This document shows positions 21,098-30,844 of a DNA stretch of 64,000 nt, piece by piece. The DNA comes from an uncultured Spirochaetota bacterium (GTDB lineage Bacteria > Spirochaetota > UBA4802 > UBA5550), in contig CAWHAA010000002.1 of assembly GCA_963827275.1 (NCBI GenBank), positions 32,001 to 96,000 on the forward strand, in the 5' to 3' direction. Below the pieces are notes generated by a model, which saw only the letters and a program-made list of their open reading frames with translations, had not been told where the DNA came from and ran no database searches. Positions within the stretch are counted from its first letter, which is position 1; each line of letters begins with the position of its first letter. Both the position numbers and the translations under genes were made by a program.

Positions 21098-22189
21098 TCA
21101 TTGTTCCAGGAGCGAAATATATTCCTTTATAACGCTGTCCCAGCTGAAGCGCGCGATATCGATGTCCATGTGCGGCACCCCGCTGCTCATGACCGCGGCC
21201 AGTTTACTCCTCAATTCCCCGACATTGCCCTTTCCGAAGAAAAACCTGTCATCATGGAGGATGTAGCGGTGCCCGCCGATATCTGATACAAGGGGGTAGC
21301 AGCCGGCGCTCAGGGCCTCCAGCACCGTCAGCCCGAAGCTTTCAAAATAGCTGGCGGAGATAAAGATGCCGGCGCGCCCGTAGAGCTCCTTCATTTCAGC
21401 GCTTGCGTTATCAACCCATCCGAGGAACCTGACCGTGCCCGCCAGTCCGTTGTCCGCGGCTTTCTGTTCCAGGGATTTACGGTAGGGCCCTTCGCCGACG
21501 ATCTCCACGGACCAGCCCCTGCAATCAATTCCCCGTAGCGCGTCGAGCACGTCCTGTATCCCCTTGTTTTCAAAGAGCCGCGCGACAACGAGTATTTTTC
21601 TCTCCTTCTTCATCGGCCTGAACCTGTTCAGGTCAAGGCCGTTGGCCACGGTCGCGAAGGTGCCGTCATGCGTAATGTTTTGTATCGACCCGATCTGGTA
21701 ATCCGACGGCGCCGTGACGCATTTTGCATGCTTGACGATCCGCTTCCACGGCAGCCTGACAAAGGGATAGAGCATCGCAAACCGCTTGTTATGGCCCGGG
21801 ACATCGCTACCGTGTGAGGTTACGATATACGGAATCCCGAATTTTTTTTTCACCAGGAGCGCCAGCACCCCGGTGGGGATGATGAACTGGGTATGGTTGA
21901 TGTCATAGCGTACTTTTTTAAGCCGCCGGTTCAGGAACCACCACGCGGAAAAAAGGTAGGTGAGCTGCTCCCAGGGATGGCAGATCTCTTTTTTTGACCG
22001 GAGCGACCTGACCCGGTACACCTTCACCCCATCGACAATTTCAAATGCGGGAAGCCCCCGGTAGCTCATCGTCACAACGTCGACGTCATGCCCGTTCCGG
22101 ACATAGCCCCTGGCGATCTCGAGGCTGACCGGACTGGCCCCGCCGCCGATGGGAGGAAATTCATAATTCAAAAACAATATCTTCATCAA
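21098..22189 (-). CDS. Glycosyltransferase family 4
   Basis: EFPPIGGG, TSHGSD, ESFGLTVLEA motifs. Confidence 0.92.
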   Translation of the reverse strand: MMKILFLNYEFPPIGGGASPVSLEIARGYVRNGHDVDVVTMSYRGLPAFEIVDGVKVYRVRSLRSKKEICHPWEQLTYLFSAWWFLNRRLKKVRYDINHTQFIIPTGVLALLVKKKFGIPYIVTSHGSDVPGHNKRFAMLYPFVRLPWKRIVKHAKCVTAPSDYQIGSIQNITHDGTFATVANGLDLNRFRPMKKERKILVVARLFENKGIQDVLDALRGIDCRGWSVEIVGEGPYRKSLEQKAADNGLAGTVRFLGWVDNASAEMKELYGRAGIFISASYFESFGLTVLEALSAGCYPLVSDIGGHRYILHDDRFFFGKGNVGELRSKLAAVMSSGVPHMDIDIARFSWDSVIKEYISLLEQ

Positions 22190-22372
22190 AACAGTCCATT
22201 CATCATTTAATTCCGGCAGGGGTGGATCATCATGCCGCTGCGACCATTACACCACGCATGGTATAGTATACTTCAATAACATTTTATCGCATCAATATGT
22301 AAAAATACTCATAAAACTGTTGAAAATTATACCTGATTATGAAATTCTGTGTCAAAATAGCTAAATAAACAT

Positions 22373-23023
22373 ATGACGAATAAAATTGCCCTTTTATCTG
22401 ATAATCAGGATATCCTCAGAGCCATTACCGGGTATTATCCCGCTTCTGAAATTATCATTTTCAGATCGATTGAATCCATCAAGCGTGAGGATTTTTCCCT
22501 GCTCCTCACGGACTACCAGATATTCGGCTCATCTGATTCGATCCAATTCCTACTTTCAAAAATCAGAAAAAAAATACATGAAAAGCCGGTCCTTCTCATC
22601 ATCCATGAAAAATCGATACTGGAGCTGAAAATAGACTGGTTCTTCGACGATTTCGTTATATTCCCATTTCAAAAAGAAGAGCTCGAGGCAAGAATAAACA
22701 AGATCCTCTTCCAGAAAGGCATTACAGATGACAGCGTTGCCATCGGGCGGTTGCTCATAAACTTCAAGGAATACACGGTCAGGATGGATGATGAAAAGCT
22801 CGACCTGACCTATAAAGAGTTCGAATTGCTGCGCATGCTCGTCCAGAACAAAGGGGAAGTCTTTTCGAGGAAAGACCTGCTCAATAAAATCTGGGGGATG
22901 GAATACATCGGCGGCACGCGGACCGTGGACGTACATATACGGAGACTCCGCGGCAAGCTCGGTGATGAATTCAATTCCATCATCGAGACGGTCAGAAACG
23001 TCGGCTACCGCTGTAAAACATAG
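22373..23023 (+). CDS. Orphan OmpR/PhoB-type regulator with degenerate receiver domain; GlnR-like
   Basis: Winged helix LDLTYKEFELL..GGTRTVDVHIRRLRGKLG..IETVRNVGY; receiver lacks the canonical KP (DDFVIFPF); no kinase nearby. Confidence 0.85.
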   Translation: MTNKIALLSDNQDILRAITGYYPASEIIIFRSIESIKREDFSLLLTDYQIFGSSDSIQFLLSKIRKKIHEKPVLLIIHEKSILELKIDWFFDDFVIFPFQKEELEARINKILFQKGITDDSVAIGRLLINFKEYTVRMDDEKLDLTYKEFELLRMLVQNKGEVFSRKDLLNKIWGMEYIGGTRTVDVHIRRLRGKLGDEFNSIIETVRNVGYRCKT

Positions 23024-23244
23024 CGGGATCCCGTGTTACACCCTGTCTGACAAGAAAATTACTTGCTATTTTTAGATATATTTTTATTTTGTACGGTACA
23101 TTGCCTGATCCTGTAATAGTTCACATAATACACACTATGTATCGGCTTGATCCGCTTTTCCCGTAACGGATAGATGGACATCGGGCCGCGACACATCATG
23201 AGCGATGTGAGCCAAAAACTGATACCCTTTCTGCGAGGATACGT

Positions 23245-23745
23245 ATGAACCAGTTAAAAAAAATAAAAAGAATTCTCGACGTTGCCTATAACGAAAACCT
23301 CGATGAATACGAAGCGCTGGTAAAGCGCCTGAAGAAGGAGCTCCCCCTTTTCAACGGCCCCAAGAGAATAGCCGCCGCGGTACTCAAGGAATATCTCGGT
23401 GATATCTCCGGTGTCGAGATACCGAAAGAAAAAATTTACCAGAAAGACGAAGCCGGACAGGTGATGTTTGAAGATATAAAAGACGGCAGGGCGCGCCTGT
23501 TCATCAATATCGGCAAGAACCACAACATCAGCACGGGCGACCTGATCCGCGAGATCGTGAAGAAATCCGGCATGGACGGCAAATCAATCGGCAAGATAGA
23601 CATACATTCCACCTATTCATTTTTCGAGATCCCCGAGCAATTCGCCGAGCTGGTCCTGCATTCCTTTGAAGGCGCGAAGATCAAGGGGCTCAATGTCGTG
23701 GTGGAACCCGCAAAAAAGAAAAAGAAGGAAAAAGAGAAAGTATAA
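23245..23745 (+). CDS. Stand-alone DbpA RNA-binding-domain protein
   Basis: RLFINIGKNHNISTGDL..IGKIDIHSTYSFFEIP; basic tail; no helicase motifs. Confidence 0.85.
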   Translation: MNQLKKIKRILDVAYNENLDEYEALVKRLKKELPLFNGPKRIAAAVLKEYLGDISGVEIPKEKIYQKDEAGQVMFEDIKDGRARLFINIGKNHNISTGDLIREIVKKSGMDGKSIGKIDIHSTYSFFEIPEQFAELVLHSFEGAKIKGLNVVVEPAKKKKKEKEKV

Positions 23746-23754
23746 CGCCGCAGC

Positions 23755-24582
23755 ATGATCTCCGGCAGACCTCAATGTCCCCTATGTTCGTTACCAGGCG
23801 CGGCCCCTGTTGCCGGCGCCCTGTATATATGCAGGCGCTGCGGGATCGCGTACAACTCCGCGTACATTCAAAAATCGTACAATGACCGCTACTTCCTTGA
23901 TGAGTATAAAAACCAGTACGGAAAAACCTACATCGAGGACCGTCAATCCATCCGCGCCCTTTCGCAATCCAGGCTCCGCAGCATTTTAAGACATTTCAGC
24001 GGCACCGGCGGTCTTGCGAAGCTCTCGCTCCTCGATATCGGGTCAGCGGCGGGGTTTTTTCTTGAATACGCGCGTGATGCCGGCATAGGCGCGGTGATGG
24101 GCATCGAGATATCAGAATACGCGTCGCGTTATTGCAGGGAGGAACTGCGCATACCGGTGCTGAATGCGTCGTTCCAGGACGCCCGGATCGATGGCGGCTA
24201 TGATATCGTTACGGCGTGGTTTTTCATCGAGCACTGCCTGGACCCGGTGGCGGTCATAGAGCGAATATATGGTATGTTGAATCCTGGCGGCGTGTTCGCC
24301 TTTTCCTGCCCCTCGATCTTCGGCCCTCTCTTCACCCTGAACCTCGCCGAATGGGCGCGTACCCACCCGGAAGACCACCGGGTCGATTTTTCCCCGCGGG
24401 GTGCACGGGCGCTTCTCAGGAAATGCGGGTTCAGGTCCATAACGGTCAAACCGTCCGGGATCCATCCCGAACGTGTCATATCGCCGCGATCAGTTGTTTA
24501 TAAACCCTTTTCACTGCTCTACACGATGTTTTCCCGCGTGACATCTTTTTCAGACACGATAGAAGTTTACGCGGTCAAATAG
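23755..24582 (+). CDS. Class I SAM-dependent methyltransferase with N-terminal CxxC..CxxC
   Basis: CPLC..CRRC; LLDIGSAAG; IEHC..LNPGG. Confidence 0.88.
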   Translation: MISGRPQCPLCSLPGAAPVAGALYICRRCGIAYNSAYIQKSYNDRYFLDEYKNQYGKTYIEDRQSIRALSQSRLRSILRHFSGTGGLAKLSLLDIGSAAGFFLEYARDAGIGAVMGIEISEYASRYCREELRIPVLNASFQDARIDGGYDIVTAWFFIEHCLDPVAVIERIYGMLNPGGVFAFSCPSIFGPLFTLNLAEWARTHPEDHRVDFSPRGARALLRKCGFRSITVKPSGIHPERVISPRSVVYKPFSLLYTMFSRVTSFSDTIEVYAVK

Positions 24583-24611
24583 GCGGCGGCACAGCGTCAA
24601 AAAACTGCGGC

Positions 24612-27098
24612 TTACACGAACACCTCGCGCGGCTTGCTTCCGATCTGGGGACCGATGTAGCCCATGTCTTCCATCTGCTCTATGATGCGCGCGGCGCGGT
24701 TATACCCGATGGAGAGGCGCCGCTGCAGGTATGACGCAGAGGCTTTTTTCGTCTCCTCGATGATCTTCAGCGCCTCCTGGAACAATTCGTCGGAGGCTTC
24801 TTCCATTTCACCTGATTCTTCGTCTTCGACAAGACTCTCTTCTATGTCAATATACGAGGGCTTCCCGAGCCGGCAGAGGTGGCCGGTGATCTTCTCTATC
24901 TCATCCTCCGATATGAACCCGCCCTGCACCCTGATCGGGAACGAGCTCGTCGGCGGCTGGTAGAGCATATCGCCCCTGCCGAGTAGTTTCTCCGCCCCGT
25001 TCTGGTCGATGATCGTGCGGGAGTCGGTCTTCTGCGCCACCTGGAACGCCACGCGCGCAGGGAAATTCGCCTTGATGAGACCGGTGATGATGTCCACGGA
25101 GGGCCGCTGCGTCGCGACGACAAGATGGATGCCGACCGCACGCGATTTCTGGGCGATCCTGGTGATATACCCCTCGACCTCCTTCGAGCTCATCATCAGG
25201 TCCGCCATCTCGTCTATGATGACCACGATGTACGGGAGCCGCTCCGTGTTTTTCCGCTGCCGCCCTATCTTCTCGTTATACCGCTCGATGTCGCGCGTGT
25301 TCATCTCGGACAGCAGGTAATACCGGCGCTCCATCTCGCGCATCGTCCATTTAAGGACCATCGGCGCAATCTGCGGATCGACGATGACCGGCGTCAGGAG
25401 GTGCGGGAGCCCGTTATAGAGCTGCAGCTCGACCATCTTCGGGTCAACTAGTATGAACCGCACATAGTTGGGATTATAATTATAGAGCAGGCTGGTGATG
25501 ATCGAGTTGACGCACACGGACTTGCCCGAGCCGGTGGTGCCGGCTATCAGGAGGTGCGGCTGCTTTTTTAAATCGAGCATGACCGGCTTGCCGAGGATGT
25601 CCTTGCCCAGGGCGACGACAAGGCTCCCCTCGTAATTCTGGAATTCCTTTGACTTGATAATGTCGCCGAGCGTTACGGTCTCCCGGTAGAGGTTCGGGAT
25701 CTCGACCCCGATCGCCGATTTCCCGGGGATCGGCGCAACGATGCGCACGCGCTGCGCGGCGAGGGCCATGGCGATGTCGTCCGCGAGCCCCACGACCCGG
25801 TTGACCTTGATCCCCGGCGCTATCTGCATCTCGTACAGGGTGATGACCGGGCCCCGGTTGACGTTGACAACGTCCGCCTCGATGCCGAACTCGGCAAGGG
25901 TATTCTTCAGCAGGATTGAATTCTTGCGTATCTCGTTTTTCCAGCTTTCGGCGTCAAGCGGCTTTGACGATGACAGGTATGTTTTAGGGATGATGTATTC
26001 CTCGTTGATCCGGATTTCATCAAACACCCGCGCCTTCGGTGTTTCAAGGAGCGTCGTATCCAGGACCGGCATCGGTGCGCCCGTTTCCAGCTCATCTGAT
26101 TCAGCAGCTGCGTTGCCGGCGTATTCCCCGCCGGCGTTCTCCGCTTCCATGGAGCCAGGATCCTCCATATCTTCCGCCTGGCAGCCGCAGCGTTCCTCGG
26201 GCGACTCTTCGCCTTCGCCGGGAACATTCCCATCGACCGCATCGACGATGTATTCATCTTCGCCCAGCACCAGTTCTTTCTCCCCGCTCACCGCGGGATC
26301 CGTCGCCGGCTCTTCAAGGAGGCGCACGTCGCCGGCCTGTCGTGCAATGCTGTCCGCCCCGCGGCATTCCATCCCATCGCCGGATAAGTCGGGAAGCTCG
26401 GGAAATTTCAGCGCACCGTCAGGCCCTTCTATTTTTTCAGTCTCGTACACGACGATCTTTTTTTTGACAATCCATGGGAACTTCACGCTCCCCTGATCCA
26501 GCGTTGACCCTGCGCAGGAGTCGGCCGCCGGATGTTTCTTCCTCCGGAAAAAATGCGCGATGCGCTCTTTCAGCAGGGACGGTACCCGCAGCCGTTCATA
26601 TCCGGGCGCGACAAAGAGGATGACAAGGATAACGACATTGATCACGATCAGGATTGAAACAAGGATATATGACGCGGTTCTGCCGAACAGGGCGATGAAA
26701 AACCCGCTTGCCAGTATGCCCGCATAGCCGCCTGAAAGCTGGGGCACGGTATCGCTGAACAGCGGCATGACTGCCGACGCGGCAACGGTCAGGAGAATGA
26801 GGATGATCGACTTTTCAGTCACATTGTGAACCCACTCATTGTTGACCAGGAAAAGGCCGGGTATGACAAGGACGGGGACGATGCAATACGACGCCACCCC
26901 GAACGCCGACCGGGTAAAGTGCGCCATCCACGCGCCGAGGCTCCCCGCCATATTTTTTGCAGGCGCGCCGGCGAGCAGTGAAGGATAATCCGCGGGCGTG
27001 TATCCCGTGATCGAAATCAGAATAAAGAGCGCGATTGATACAAGCGCAATACCAAGCACTTCCTGACAGCGTTTCTGGAACACGGCACAATCCTCCAT
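24612..27098 (-). CDS. ftsK: DNA translocase FtsK
   Basis: N-terminal transmembrane segments, acidic linker, HLLIAGTTGSGKS, DEMADLM, ATQRPS, gamma domain LQRRLSIGYNRAAR. Confidence 0.96.
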   Translation of the reverse strand: MEDCAVFQKRCQEVLGIALVSIALFILISITGYTPADYPSLLAGAPAKNMAGSLGAWMAHFTRSAFGVASYCIVPVLVIPGLFLVNNEWVHNVTEKSIILILLTVAASAVMPLFSDTVPQLSGGYAGILASGFFIALFGRTASYILVSILIVINVVILVILFVAPGYERLRVPSLLKERIAHFFRRKKHPAADSCAGSTLDQGSVKFPWIVKKKIVVYETEKIEGPDGALKFPELPDLSGDGMECRGADSIARQAGDVRLLEEPATDPAVSGEKELVLGEDEYIVDAVDGNVPGEGEESPEERCGCQAEDMEDPGSMEAENAGGEYAGNAAAESDELETGAPMPVLDTTLLETPKARVFDEIRINEEYIIPKTYLSSSKPLDAESWKNEIRKNSILLKNTLAEFGIEADVVNVNRGPVITLYEMQIAPGIKVNRVVGLADDIAMALAAQRVRIVAPIPGKSAIGVEIPNLYRETVTLGDIIKSKEFQNYEGSLVVALGKDILGKPVMLDLKKQPHLLIAGTTGSGKSVCVNSIITSLLYNYNPNYVRFILVDPKMVELQLYNGLPHLLTPVIVDPQIAPMVLKWTMREMERRYYLLSEMNTRDIERYNEKIGRQRKNTERLPYIVVIIDEMADLMMSSKEVEGYITRIAQKSRAVGIHLVVATQRPSVDIITGLIKANFPARVAFQVAQKTDSRTIIDQNGAEKLLGRGDMLYQPPTSSFPIRVQGGFISEDEIEKITGHLCRLGKPSYIDIEESLVEDEESGEMEEASDELFQEALKIIEETKKASASYLQRRLSIGYNRAARIIEQMEDMGYIGPQIGSKPREVFV

Positions 27099-27363
27099 GA
27101 CAATCAGGTCCTGTCAGGAACCGCGCACAAAACGTCCCGCGCACGCCGACCCGCTCTGCGGATGGCATTGTATCGCCATCCCGCAGATTGGCCCCCTGAC
27201 CTGAAGGAACCTGTCTATACTACCTTTCGGCCTGTTTCGGGTATTTTATTAGCGAAGATACGCGTAATCTGGCGATATGCTCAAAATATCCGTATCGCGT
27301 AAAGGCGGTTATAATATTCGGTGAGTTGATGTTCAGAGACGGATTTCGGGCCGATTGGTCCCG

Positions 27364-29028
27364 CTACTGGTGGTGCTTGACATCGAGTATCTCAAGGACG
27401 ATCAACGGATTGCGGCGCGTTAATTTAAAAATCGGGTTCTTTATCCCCTTCTTGAGCGCCGCGATGATGTTGGCGTGGGACTGCTTTTCCGCCAGGAGCC
27501 TGGCGGCGCGCTCGTGGATGTCCTTCTTGAGCTCATCGAGTATATTCTCTTCTTTCATACCGACAAACCCGCGCGAAAAGATATCAGGTTTTCGCACCAG
27601 CTTTCCGTTTGCCACCACGAGGGCGATAAACAGGATCCCGTCGGACGACATCGCATGCCGGTCTTTGATCACGCTGCTTTCGATATCGCCGATCTCCTTC
27701 CCGTCCACGTAGATCTGCGACAACTCGATATCATCCACCTTTTTAAAGCTCTTCGGGGTAAGCTCGATGATGTCCCCGTTGCCGGCGATGATGATGTGCG
27801 ACTGTTTGATGTTGAGAGATGCCGCAATCTCCGCGTGCGCCTTCAGGTGGCGGAATTCCCCGTGGATCGGCATGAAGAATTTCGGCTTTGTCACCGCGAT
27901 CATCAGCTTCAGCTCCTTCGACGACCCGTGGCCGGAGACGTGGATGTCTTCATCCTGGTCGTAATAGACTTCGGCCCCCATCTTCATGAGCGAGTTCACC
28001 ACGTTCGTCACCATGCGTTCATTGCCCGGTATGACCGAGGCGGTGATAATGACGGTATCGCCCTTCTCGGCGAAAAAATGCCGGTGCGTGCCGTAAGCCA
28101 TGCGGTAGAGCGCGGACATCGGCTCCCCCTGGCTCCCGGTCCCGATGATGACCAGTTTTTTTCCGGGCATGGCATTGGCCTTCGATATATCAATGATGAG
28201 ATCATCCCGGTAATTCAGGTAGCCGAGTGAATTGGCTATCTCAACATTCTTCTGCATCGTGAGCCCTGATATGACGATCTTGCGGTTATACTTCTGCGCG
28301 ACGTCCATCACCTGCTGGATCCGGTGGATGTTGGAGGCAAAGGTAGCGACAATGATCCGGCCGTTGGCCGAGGCAAATATGTCCGCCAGCTTGTCCACCA
28401 GGACCGACTCAGAGCGGGTGAACCCTTCCCGCTCGGCGTTGGTGCTGTCCGACATGAGGAGCAGCACCCCTTTTTCGCCGTAATCGGCAAATCGGAAAAT
28501 ATCGGTGACATCGCCGTCCACGGGGGAGAAATCGATCTTGAAATCGCCGGTATGGATGATGGTGCCCGCGTCCGTGCTGATCGCAAGGCCGACCCCGCCG
28601 ATTATCGAATGGTTTACCTTGATGAATTCAACCGTGAAGCTGCCCACGCGGACCCGGTCGCGCGGCCTCACCTCGATGAACTCAGGCTCTTTCTTCGGCG
28701 GCATCTCCTCAAGCCGGCTCTGGATCAGGCCGAGCGTCAGCTTCGTTGCGTAGATCGGCGCCGCGATCTCCTGAAGAAGGTACGGGATCGCGCCGATGTG
28801 GTCCTCGTGGCCGTGCGTGACGATGATCGCCCGCACCCTGGATTTATGTTTCCTGATATAGCTGAAATCGGGGATGATGTAATCGACACCCGGCATCTCT
28901 TCTGTGGGGAACATAATGCCGCAATCCACGATGATGATATCGTCACGGTATTCAAAGAGCGTGATGTTCTTCCCGATCCCTTCAAGGCCGCCGAGCGGAA
29001 TTATCCGTATCGCTTTTTCTTTCTGCAT
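27364..29028 (-). CDS. rnj: Ribonuclease J
   Basis: PLGG..IGKN, THGHEDHIGA, HTGDFK, SDSTNA, HVSGH, PIHGE; start 29028 avoids overlap with dut. Confidence 0.96.
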   Translation of the reverse strand: MQKEKAIRIIPLGGLEGIGKNITLFEYRDDIIIVDCGIMFPTEEMPGVDYIIPDFSYIRKHKSRVRAIIVTHGHEDHIGAIPYLLQEIAAPIYATKLTLGLIQSRLEEMPPKKEPEFIEVRPRDRVRVGSFTVEFIKVNHSIIGGVGLAISTDAGTIIHTGDFKIDFSPVDGDVTDIFRFADYGEKGVLLLMSDSTNAEREGFTRSESVLVDKLADIFASANGRIIVATFASNIHRIQQVMDVAQKYNRKIVISGLTMQKNVEIANSLGYLNYRDDLIIDISKANAMPGKKLVIIGTGSQGEPMSALYRMAYGTHRHFFAEKGDTVIITASVIPGNERMVTNVVNSLMKMGAEVYYDQDEDIHVSGHGSSKELKLMIAVTKPKFFMPIHGEFRHLKAHAEIAASLNIKQSHIIIAGNGDIIELTPKSFKKVDDIELSQIYVDGKEIGDIESSVIKDRHAMSSDGILFIALVVANGKLVRKPDIFSRGFVGMKEENILDELKKDIHERAARLLAEKQSHANIIAALKKGIKNPIFKLTRRNPLIVLEILDVKHHQ

Positions 29029-29035
29029 GCCGTCG

Positions 29036-29470
29036 CTATACTCCTGAGTGTCCGAACCCGCCGTCATTGCGCCCGGTCCGGTTCAGTTCATCCGTTGCAA
29101 TGAAGTCTCCCCGGTAGACCTTATTGAATACCATCTGGGCGATCCTCATGCCGCTGGTGATCGTAAAATCCTCCCTGCCCAGGTTGGTCATGATGATCTT
29201 GATTTCGCCCCGGTAATCCGAATCGATCGTCCCGGGGGTATTGAGCAGGGTGATGCCGTGCTTCAGCGCAAGACCGCTCCGCGGCCGGACCTGCGCCTCA
29301 TAGCCATCCGGCAGTTCCATGAAAATACCGGTTGGGATAAGAGTCGTCTCCCCCGCTTTCAGGGTGATGGCTTGATCAAGCAGGGCGCATATATCCGCCC
29401 CCGATGCGCCGTCACTCTGGTAGGAAGGGAACTTCGCTCCGGGCAGAACATGTATTTTTACCGGTATCAT
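29036..29470 (-). CDS. dut: dUTP diphosphatase
   Basis: RPRSGLA, GTIDSDYRGE, RIAQ, RNDGGFGHSG. Confidence 0.96.
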   Translation of the reverse strand: MIPVKIHVLPGAKFPSYQSDGASGADICALLDQAITLKAGETTLIPTGIFMELPDGYEAQVRPRSGLALKHGITLLNTPGTIDSDYRGEIKIIMTNLGREDFTITSGMRIAQMVFNKVYRGDFIATDELNRTGRNDGGFGHSGV

Positions 29471-29720
29471 AAATCAATGATCATTTTTTGTTATATGATC
29501 TACTTTGTCAAGTTAATCGTCTGTCAGGCCGGTACAATTGGCGCCCTTATCAACGTCCTTCCGCCCCGCCGCAGTCACTATATGCACCCCTATTCCTGCA
29601 TCGTGGCGGGCGAAAGAGGAAGAGATAATTATGCCCGGATATCGCGAAATAGTTATTGCCGGCCGCGAAATGCTCCGATATTGATACAATATCAAATTAC
29701 TCGGCGATCGACAAAACGCA

Positions 29721-30545
29721 ATGGCGAAACAATCACTGGTAACCAGATTCAACAACGCGGTGCAATTAGAAAAGACCGGCGCCTATGATGCGGCCCTGAA
29801 TGAATATGTACGGATCATTGCAGAAGACCCCTCGTTCAAAAGCGCCCATCTGAACCTCGGTTCGCTCTATTCGCGGATGAACAGGCTCCCCGAGGCGATG
29901 AAATGTTTCGAAGACGCACTCTCACTCGGTCCCGATCCTATTGCCCACTTTAACATCGGTTCAATTTTTTACAAGATGGGAATGTATGCCAACGCGCTCA
30001 TCAGCCTTGAAAAGGCATCCGCGCTGAAAGAGAATTTCACGATATCCGTGCTTATCGCGGGACTGAGCCACAGCCGACTGAACCATTTCCCCGAAGCCGA
30101 GCGCTGCTTTTCTTCTGTTCTTCGCTCCTGGCCTGATAACCGCATCGCCCTGACCGCGCTCGCAATCTTATGCTATACCACCGGCAGATTTGATGAGTCA
30201 CTCCGGCTTTTAAACAGGCTGCTCGGTATGGACGAAAGCAACATTAAGATCAGAAAATTAAAATCGAATATCTTGCTGAAAATAGGACGTGCCGGCGAAT
30301 CAGCGAATGAAATAAAAATCATTAAAAGGAAGGCCGCCGGATATAAATATTTCGATGAATACATCAAGTCAATAGCCATTGAATCGCTGACTGATAAATA
30401 CGGCACAATCGATGATAAAATTGAATCGCTGCATGACAGGATCAAGGATGACACCGGCAGCCTCATTTCCCTGAGCCTCTGCCATCTTTTCAAGGGAGAT
30501 ACTGATACTGCCATCGATTACCTTTTTAAATATAAAAAGAAATAG
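29721..30545 (+). CDS. Tetratricopeptide repeat protein
   Basis: Repeated TPR helices (AHLNLGSLY, AHFNIGSIF). Confidence 0.85.
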   Translation: MAKQSLVTRFNNAVQLEKTGAYDAALNEYVRIIAEDPSFKSAHLNLGSLYSRMNRLPEAMKCFEDALSLGPDPIAHFNIGSIFYKMGMYANALISLEKASALKENFTISVLIAGLSHSRLNHFPEAERCFSSVLRSWPDNRIALTALAILCYTTGRFDESLRLLNRLLGMDESNIKIRKLKSNILLKIGRAGESANEIKIIKRKAAGYKYFDEYIKSIAIESLTDKYGTIDDKIESLHDRIKDDTGSLISLSLCHLFKGDTDTAIDYLFKYKKK

Positions 30546-30657
30546 CATCTCTTTATGCCAGATTACACCGGACTTTAAAATACCTCAAAAATTAATATTT
30601 TTAAAATTTTTTAATAAATTTTATTGACAATTTTTTCAATAAATTACTTATGGTAAG

Positions 30658-30775
<118 letters not shown>

Positions 30776-30793
30776 CTTGAAATCATACATAAT

Positions 30794-30823
30794 AAAAAAG
30801 CCATGGAAAACCATGGCTTTTTT
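30794..30823. terminator. Bidirectional rho-independent terminator between rrf and the lipoprotein gene
   Basis: AAAAAAGCCATGG-AAAA-CCATGGCTTTTTT between convergent genes. Confidence 0.9.
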
Positions 30824-30844
30824 ATTTCTATTTTGCCTCTTTTC

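Noticed and set aside
23030..23065. GTTAC/CTGAC/ATTAC near-periodic motif downstream of the GlnR-like gene
   Set aside because: Spacing is 12 and 11 with poor half-sites; too weak to call a GlnR box.
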